The notes beneath the pieces are model-generated. The model was not told the origin of the DNA. It made no database searches and saw only the letters and a program-made list of their open reading frames with translations. 64,000 nt of DNA. Source: a virus. A program made the position numbers and the translations under genes. Each line of letters opens with the position of its first letter. The stretch's first letter is position 1. The stretch is taken from positions 4,079-68,078 of IMG/VR virus record IMGVR_UViG_3300045391_007588; one strand, given 5' to 3'. This document shows, in pieces, positions 57,786 through 64,000 of the stretch.

Positions 57786-60700
57786 TTAGGCAAAGTAGTC
57801 GCTCGGTTCAGGGAATGGTGGACGCCAGAAATCGTTCCATTTATCTCTAAGTCGATCCCACCATGTCGGCTCGCGACGTTCGTCGGAGGGACTGCCAGGG
57901 ACCGCGCCTTGAAGGGGCTTACCTTTGGAATTTACTTGGCCGGTTCGCTTCAACGCGTTCTGCATTTCTTGCGTAAGCTCATTCCATGGAACTTGATAGC
58001 CGTGGTAGACACAAGTGTTGGTACCAGTCTCACGGAAGACGACGAACTCTTTTGTAATGGGGTCGATCGCAACTCTCACCCGTGACGTGTCCTTGACGGG
58101 AATTGAAACTTCGAGTGATCGCGCGCCATTCGTTGGCGCCGGCGAGGCCTTGCCTCGCTGTTGAGGGCCGTGCTTCGGGCTCGGCTCGTATCGAAGTCTC
58201 CCTTTGCAGGGATCAAACTGCTCACCGCCCTGCGTACTAGGATTGAACGGTGGTGGCGGTTGGTTGCCACCGGGGACTGGCCCTAATGGGTCAATTGCCG
58301 GGCCAGGCTTTGGCGTTGGCGTTGGTGGCAGTGCCCTCGGCCCCATCCGCGGTCCAATTCTCGGGACAACGGGTACCCGCGGTATTATTGGCAGCCGCGG
58401 AAGAACGATGGTTTCTAAACCGTCTGGGTCGATGCCGCCAGTTGGAGTGTTGTCTGCATACCGATAAAGATTTATCGAATCGCCTTGGAATCCGATTGGG
58501 TCCTCACTAATCCAACGCCCTGTTAGTGGGTCATACCATCGGTTGAGGTTGTACTGCAGGCCAGTGGCCGCATCGAATTGACGACCGGTGAATCCGAATA
58601 CTTCATGAAGGGCAGCAGTTGTTTCGCTCACAACATTTCCGAATGCGTCGTATTTCCGATGATTGGCGATCAATGTGCCGTTCGTCGAGTCGTGCGTTGC
58701 CAAGTCGCGAATTGATCCGAGTTGGTCGGCGAGCGTCCAGTACAGCGGGCCGCCGACATTTTCGTCGGCCAAAAGCTGATCGACAGCCGGACCCCACAAG
58801 TAGCGATGCGAAAGATTCGAGACGTCGGGGCCATCGAATTGAATGGCGACCTGGCCGTGCTCGTAGGAATAGAAGGTATCGGTCGCCGCATGCGGACCGG
58901 CGGCATCGTCATCGAAGGATCGGTGGACGAGCTGGTTGAAGGGATCGTAGGTGTAGGCGACGGAGCTAGTGGGCGTCAGGCCGTAAATGTCAGCTTCGAG
59001 TGTGACTTCTTGCGTCTCGTATTCGTATGTCTGGTGGTTGTAAACCGTCAATGTGAAGTGAATCGCGAACGATTTCGAATGCCCATCGAACGTTGGAGCC
59101 GTGTGAATAACGAAGGAGGCGGGATCGAATTCTTTTGCGGATATGCTGCCTGCGCTTACCAATTTATTATGCGGGTCAATCCAATAATCCGTGCCGAGCG
59201 TTGCTGTCTGGTCTTCCAGCGTATAGGACACCGTGTCCGCATCCCCAAAACTAAGACCTAACGTTACAACGATGTCGCTGCCTTCTGAAGCGGCCGTTGC
59301 AGAGAAGGTGCGATTCAAGTGTGTATACGGATAGGTCGCCCAAAAGCTCAACACGCCCGTAGATGATCCCCAGCCATCCGTCGTCGTGTCTTGCTGAGCT
59401 TGGGTTACTGTCGTGAGCCGGTTACGGTAGTCATAGGAGTAGGCGGTCACTTCATTCGTGGCTGGATTCGTTTTTGCGATTCGATTGCCATCCAAATCGT
59501 ACGAGTAGGTGTACGTTCCATCGGAAAGCAGTTGATTTTCGGGGCCGAAGGTGTCGGACGCACTATTCCCGTTGCTCCCCTGATAGGCGTAACTGTTGCC
59601 GTCGCCGGAGGTCAGTTGATTGGCATCGTCGTAGGTATAGTCGGTTTGGCCGTCGAACTTCGTGACCATGTGTGTGATGCGGCTGGCATCGTCGTACAAA
59701 TACTGATAGTAATCTTTTGCCGTGGAAGTCGCCGGTGGCGTACTGGTCGTGTGGAGCAAGCTCGTTAAACGCCCCATGTCGTCATAACCGTAGATACTGC
59801 TGATCGCCAGGTCTGTTTTAGTCGTGTCTGCGTAGCGATCTATCTGAGTGAATTGGTTATCGTTGTTGTAACCAAACGAGACGCTCTTGGGAGCCGCGCC
59901 ATTCGAAGTGTACGATTGCTGCACGAGCGATGTGAGTCGCTGTAGGTTATCCGGCGTATAGGTATTGATGGAATCGGTCGTGTAGGGGTTCGAGGAGTCA
60001 GATGTGTCTTTCAGCGTCGTCGAAAGTTGCGTGCGGAATCCGTTCTTGTCAAACCAGCTGAGGTAACGGAGGGCTGCATTCAGTCCGTCAATGGACTGGT
60101 CGTCGTGAATTGGCTGGCCGAGTGCATCGAGTTGGTAGGAATAACTCGTCGTGGGCACGCTGGAATCAGCCGACTGATCGGAAGCGCCAGTTAGCTGGCT
60201 TGCATTGTCGTAGGTGTAGTTGATGGTGCGAAGCAGCGTCGTGCCGTCCAAGTCGTACCACTTTTCGGCTGTCACATTGTCGTGCAGGTCGTAGGAGTAA
60301 ATCGTGATGCGGCCATCGCGATCGGCTTTTTGCGATACACGATTCAAACCGTCGTACTGGTAGTGCGCGGTGTTGCCGAGTTGGTTTGTTTCGGCAGTGA
60401 CGCGGCCAAGGGCGTCGTATTGATAGCTGGTTGTGCCACCAGTCAACTGGTCGATAACGCCGCTCACACGCCCATTCGAATCATAGGAGTAGGCAACGGA
60501 GGTTGCCGCGTCAGAAGAGCCGATAGGCCGACCCAAATCGTCAAATCCATATGTCGTGACGTGTCCAAGTGGGTCGGTGACCGAAGTCAAATCGCCCAAT
60601 ACATCGTACGTGTATGTAGTAACTGGTCCCGGTCCCGATTGCGTATGGTCAGGTTGTGGTGCCGTCATCGTGATTCCGCGGCCCACACTGTCATACGTAA

Positions 60701-63700
60701 AAGACGTGGTATTGCCCATCGCGTCGGTCTGTGCGGAAACGAGTCCCCGCACGTTGTAAGTAACCACTGTGGTAGGCGCGTCGTTGGGCGTGGAGGATAG
60801 ACCATCGGCATCAGGGCCGATCGTCGTGACTCTGCGCTGGGCTGCTTTGTAATCGTATGTCGTGTAGTGGCCGAGATGAGAAAAGACATCATCCATGTGC
60901 GCGGGATCGGTGCTGCCCGTTCCGTCGCTTTGTTTGAACACCCTGTCTAGATTGTCGTACTGAGTCTGATAGACAGGGACCAGGTTACCGGGACCGGACG
61001 GGGGAAGGGTTGTCGCAATGAGCCGGTCGCGGAAGTCGTAGTTAAACGTCGTCGTGCGTGTGGTCGTAGTGGAGTTATTGACGTACTCGATCATTGCGGT
61101 GAGGTTGCTGTCCCCGACACCGCCACCGTCATAGACATACTGCCTTTGTTCAACCATTGTGCTCGTACTATGACCGATCCATTCGCTGACCGGCCTGTCT
61201 AGCGTGTCGTAGATCGTTCGGTAAATCATTACATTGGACGGAGCCACTGCACGGTCGATCTCATTTTGCCGACCGCGCTGATCGTAGCCGTAGGTCATCC
61301 GATTGAAGTTGGTATAGATCGTGCCATACGCAAACGCCAGAGGCGTATAAGTCAGACCATCGAGATTAAAGTAGTCGTCCGTGATGGTCGCTTGTCCGGC
61401 GTTGTTGAAATATGTGCGACTGTCGGACTGGACATTGCTTATTGCCTCACTGCCGTCTGGATGTATTCCGAAACCCCGAGGGGTACCGTCCGGATTCCGC
61501 AGTACCTCCATATTAGGCGTCGCCGTCATCGTTAGCTGTTCAACGTAGTTGCGGGCTTGATCGTCTCTGAGCACGATTGTCGGCACTGACCCAATGGGAA
61601 GCGCAATCAGGCCAGATGCCCCCCAGCCAACACTAAACCCACCATAAATCCGCGTTTCGTGGGCCGAATCGTTATAGACGATGAATGTGTCCAGGACTGA
61701 CGGACCTTCGATTCTTTTAGGACGACCGAGCGCGTCTACTTCATAAACCGTCGTGATGTTTAGTCCGCCTCCGGAAGGCGTTGTCCAGTCACTCGGCTTG
61801 TCCACAAATGACGCAAGGAGATCGAAGGGATCGTCAAAGGTAGATGCTGCACCCTGCGTCATCGACGTATTTACGTCAGTAATTGTTTTGATGACCGCTC
61901 CTGTGAGCGGATCGTAAGCCATGTAATTCAAAAAGTTGCCTTGATCCTTCGTCCAGATCGGGCGGCCAACTTGGTCATAGACGACGTACGTCGAAGTATC
62001 GTCTGCCGTATTTGTCGTTGTTTGCTTCAGTACTTGGTTCGAATTCCCGTTGTCGTAGTAGGTGTAACTGTATGCTGTCGTCAAAGGATGAGTACCATCG
62101 TCGTGCTCGTAAACGGTGCTGCTCGCAATCAAAACAATTGTGCGGCCAGCGATGTCGGAGTGCGAGGTATAAGTCTGATGCAATTGCTCGAATTGCTGTG
62201 GCGTCGCGGAACCGCCATCACCTTGCTGAATGGTGACATCCTTCAGGTGCCCCTTGGCGGCGCCCGGAATGACGCCCACGTCGTCCGGCCCATAAAAACT
62301 GTAATTGGTAATCAGCCCAGACGAGTCGGCAATAAAATCAGATTTGCGGTTAACACTGTCAAACCCAATGAGATCGGACAATCCGGGATCATATCCGGTG
62401 GTAGCCGAGGGCTCAGCCCGGAAATCTACCTGGCCATTCGCGTTGTAGTGGTAATAAGTGATCCACTGTGGGCCAATGTCGTGCAAATCCTCGTCGAAGA
62501 CGGGGTGATGCTGGATTTGCAGCATCACTTCGCCTAGATAGTTGGTGTAAACGATGTTTTGGTCAGCGTCTGGCAGCGTCTCGATCGTCTTAACCGCCCA
62601 GCTATTGTAGCCATCGTGATAATCCTCATCTTCAACTCTGCGGTCCTCATACGTTAAGCCAAAAGTGCCAAGGCCGTTTGCACATACCGGGCAACCCGCG
62701 CCTTGCGCAATTTCCACACTCACGCGGCGTACAATGTTGTACTCAAAATAGTTATCCGCATAAGTCTTTACGACGTTATCCACTTTGATGTCGATCGCCG
62801 CTTGACTTGAAAAGGCAGCCAGAAGCCGCGCATACGAAGCGGGGTTGAAGACATATTTTAGGCCGTGAGTGTATCCCTTGCTGCTGTCAGAGGTGTAATA
62901 GCGGTAGTAGGTGGTGTCTACCGTGGCGTCTACCATGATCTCTTCCGGACCATCTACCGTGGTGACTACTTCGGTGACAAGTTCTTTGATCGTTGCAAGT
63001 TTGAGATCGCCGACGTTTCCATTCGGATCATTGCTTCCGTAGTATGTGTATTCGACCGATCGTACAGAGTGCCAGTCGCTGGAGCCGGCGTCGTTGTCCA
63101 GATCTTGCCATGTGTAGCCACTAGTATTGGTATTGCGTCTCAGCTCAATGCTTGCAGTCAGGCCCGCATTTACGCCGCTAGGAACGTAACTATATAGAAA
63201 CTGTTCATTGGTCGTCACTCCCGCGACGAGTTGGTTTCGATCAACATGGCTGAGGGCACCGGTCGAGCTATAAGTCAAGGTAATGACTTGACTGCCGCTT
63301 GGATTAGTGTAATCGGAGAGTTGCCCTTGTTTCGCAAGCGGCCACGCATCAGAAAAATCGAAGAAGTGAAGCTGGGCTCCAGTGAGATCGACAAACGAAT
63401 ACTCGTGCGCATCGTTGTCATGCGTCAGCGCGTTACTTTGAAATGCAAGTGCCGTGAACGCATCCCCTGCTGGATCTCCGTCAAAGTGGTAGGACGTATG
63501 ACCGCCCGATACTACATCGATCGCCGGGTTGTCGCCGACCGTCTGAATTAAGTAGGGACGCTCTTCAACGACCATCCCGTTGCCAACAGTGTTGGCGGAG
63601 AAGTAGCCAGATCCATTTGTCCAGTCTCGCGTTACGCCCCATTGAATTCCCCCGAAATCAGACGATAAATCACTGGAGGAAATATAAGCCGTCCCGTCGG

Positions 63701-63998
63701 AGTATCGGACGGGGAACTTGGTTGCATCGCTTGGCCCGCCTGACCAGGTAGGCCCAAGGTCTACCGGGCTTGAGGGTGCCAGGACAATCGGTTTCGGACC
63801 GGGCCCAAAGTCAGACGGAGGGGGACTTGCATTGATGGGTCCTCCGGGCTTCGTTCCGCATGATGTGCAACCGGGAAGGGTGGCAAAAGGCGCATCGCTC
63901 CGAAAATCAAGACCCCAATCGTCATCCTCACCTTGCTCGTCGTTCCATCCCGCGTCCATCGACCAGGGACGCGTGTGCGGGTCGGGCGTATCTCGCAT
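57786..63998 (-). CDS. Rhs/YD-repeat polymorphic toxin 2 (5' part outside the window)
   Basis: PVRYSDG..WG.TRDWTN, YD repeats, RWISEDPIG...DPDGL, Pro-rich linker and nuclease-like tip; frame open to the window edge. Confidence 0.95.
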   Translation of the reverse strand: MRDTPDPHTRPWSMDAGWNDEQGEDDDWGLDFRSDAPFATLPGCTSCGTKPGGPINASPPPSDFGPGPKPIVLAPSSPVDLGPTWSGGPSDATKFPVRYSDGTAYISSSDLSSDFGGIQWGVTRDWTNGSGYFSANTVGNGMVVEERPYLIQTVGDNPAIDVVSGGHTSYHFDGDPAGDAFTALAFQSNALTHDNDAHEYSFVDLTGAQLHFFDFSDAWPLAKQGQLSDYTNPSGSQVITLTYSSTGALSHVDRNQLVAGVTTNEQFLYSYVPSGVNAGLTASIELRRNTNTSGYTWQDLDNDAGSSDWHSVRSVEYTYYGSNDPNGNVGDLKLATIKELVTEVVTTVDGPEEIMVDATVDTTYYRYYTSDSSKGYTHGLKYVFNPASYARLLAAFSSQAAIDIKVDNVVKTYADNYFEYNIVRRVSVEIAQGAGCPVCANGLGTFGLTYEDRRVEDEDYHDGYNSWAVKTIETLPDADQNIVYTNYLGEVMLQIQHHPVFDEDLHDIGPQWITYYHYNANGQVDFRAEPSATTGYDPGLSDLIGFDSVNRKSDFIADSSGLITNYSFYGPDDVGVIPGAAKGHLKDVTIQQGDGGSATPQQFEQLHQTYTSHSDIAGRTIVLIASSTVYEHDDGTHPLTTAYSYTYYDNGNSNQVLKQTTTNTADDTSTYVVYDQVGRPIWTKDQGNFLNYMAYDPLTGAVIKTITDVNTSMTQGAASTFDDPFDLLASFVDKPSDWTTPSGGGLNITTVYEVDALGRPKRIEGPSVLDTFIVYNDSAHETRIYGGFSVGWGASGLIALPIGSVPTIVLRDDQARNYVEQLTMTATPNMEVLRNPDGTPRGFGIHPDGSEAISNVQSDSRTYFNNAGQATITDDYFNLDGLTYTPLAFAYGTIYTNFNRMTYGYDQRGRQNEIDRAVAPSNVMIYRTIYDTLDRPVSEWIGHSTSTMVEQRQYVYDGGGVGDSNLTAMIEYVNNSTTTTRTTTFNYDFRDRLIATTLPPSGPGNLVPVYQTQYDNLDRVFKQSDGTGSTDPAHMDDVFSHLGHYTTYDYKAAQRRVTTIGPDADGLSSTPNDAPTTVVTYNVRGLVSAQTDAMGNTTSFTYDSVGRGITMTAPQPDHTQSGPGPVTTYTYDVLGDLTSVTDPLGHVTTYGFDDLGRPIGSSDAATSVAYSYDSNGRVSGVIDQLTGGTTSYQYDALGRVTAETNQLGNTAHYQYDGLNRVSQKADRDGRITIYSYDLHDNVTAEKWYDLDGTTLLRTINYTYDNASQLTGASDQSADSSVPTTSYSYQLDALGQPIHDDQSIDGLNAALRYLSWFDKNGFRTQLSTTLKDTSDSSNPYTTDSINTYTPDNLQRLTSLVQQSYTSNGAAPKSVSFGYNNDNQFTQIDRYADTTKTDLAISSIYGYDDMGRLTSLLHTTSTPPATSTAKDYYQYLYDDASRITHMVTKFDGQTDYTYDDANQLTSGDGNSYAYQGSNGNSASDTFGPENQLLSDGTYTYSYDLDGNRIAKTNPATNEVTAYSYDYRNRLTTVTQAQQDTTTDGWGSSTGVLSFWATYPYTHLNRTFSATAASEGSDIVVTLGLSFGDADTVSYTLEDQTATLGTDYWIDPHNKLVSAGSISAKEFDPASFVIHTAPTFDGHSKSFAIHFTLTVYNHQTYEYETQEVTLEADIYGLTPTSSVAYTYDPFNQLVHRSFDDDAAGPHAATDTFYSYEHGQVAIQFDGPDVSNLSHRYLWGPAVDQLLADENVGGPLYWTLADQLGSIRDLATHDSTNGTLIANHRKYDAFGNVVSETTAALHEVFGFTGRQFDAATGLQYNLNRWYDPLTGRWISEDPIGFQGDSINLYRYADNTPTGGIDPDGLETIVLPRLPIIPRVPVVPRIGPRMGPRALPPTPTPKPGPAIDPLGPVPGGNQPPPPFNPSTQGGEQFDPCKGRLRYEPSPKHGPQQRGKASPAPTNGARSLEVSIPVKDTSRVRVAIDPITKEFVVFRETGTNTCVYHGYQVPWNELTQEMQNALKRTGQVNSKGKPLQGAVPGSPSDERREPTWWDRLRDKWNDFWRPPFPEPSDYFA

Positions 63999-64000
63999 CG

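Noticed and set aside
548-63551. The many short antisense and alternate-frame ORFs in the track that overlap the called genes
   Set aside because: Expected shadow ORFs in GC-rich DNA; no RBS or motif support
34395-64000. Type VI secretion locus
   Set aside because: No vgrG, PAAR, hcp, tss or chaperone genes; Rhs1 has a different leader

Overview
Accessory-genome window from a GC-rich bacterium, most likely a planctomycete (Pirellulales-like). That assignment is inferred from the [13 protein letters not shown]-terminal motif of the Rhs protein and several short families I associate with planctomycetes. No housekeeping genes are recognisable. Four blocks: (1) about 1-10.39 kb, an integrative element with a large serine recombinase at its left end and the 3' half of tRNA-Asn(GTT) as an att site at its right end. 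It carries a co-oriented DUF1257-DUF2997-TOPRIM-AAA ATPase module and a complete ubiquitin-like set (Ubl, E2 fused to a poly-CxxC region, JAB, E1). (2) About 10.8-27.8 kb, a capsid-less phage-satellite-like element: DUF2924 plus serine recombinase, primase-helicase with an iteron-like origin, ParB-DNA methylase, terminase and a minimal tyrosine recombinase. An antisense two-gene cassette (HEAT-repeat protein plus PD-(D/E)xK nuclease) sits between the origin and the methylase. (3) About 27.8-52.9 kb, cargo bracketed by 364-bp direct repeats of the tyrosine recombinase 3' end: trypsin plus TIR-like pair, IS remnants, TPR-glycosyltransferase, Rhs toxin and immunity, pseudokinase-TIR, HExxH protein. 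(4) About 53.4-64 kb, two more TPR-glycosyltransferases and a second Rhs/immunity pair running off the right edge. Best candidates for undescribed systems: the mobile Ubl/AAA operon, the HEAT plus nuclease cassette, and the twice-repeated Rhs-immunity-TPR-glycosyltransferase arrangement, whose Rhs shells carry Calx-beta-like inserts. All family assignments come from motif recognition by eye; no database search was run.
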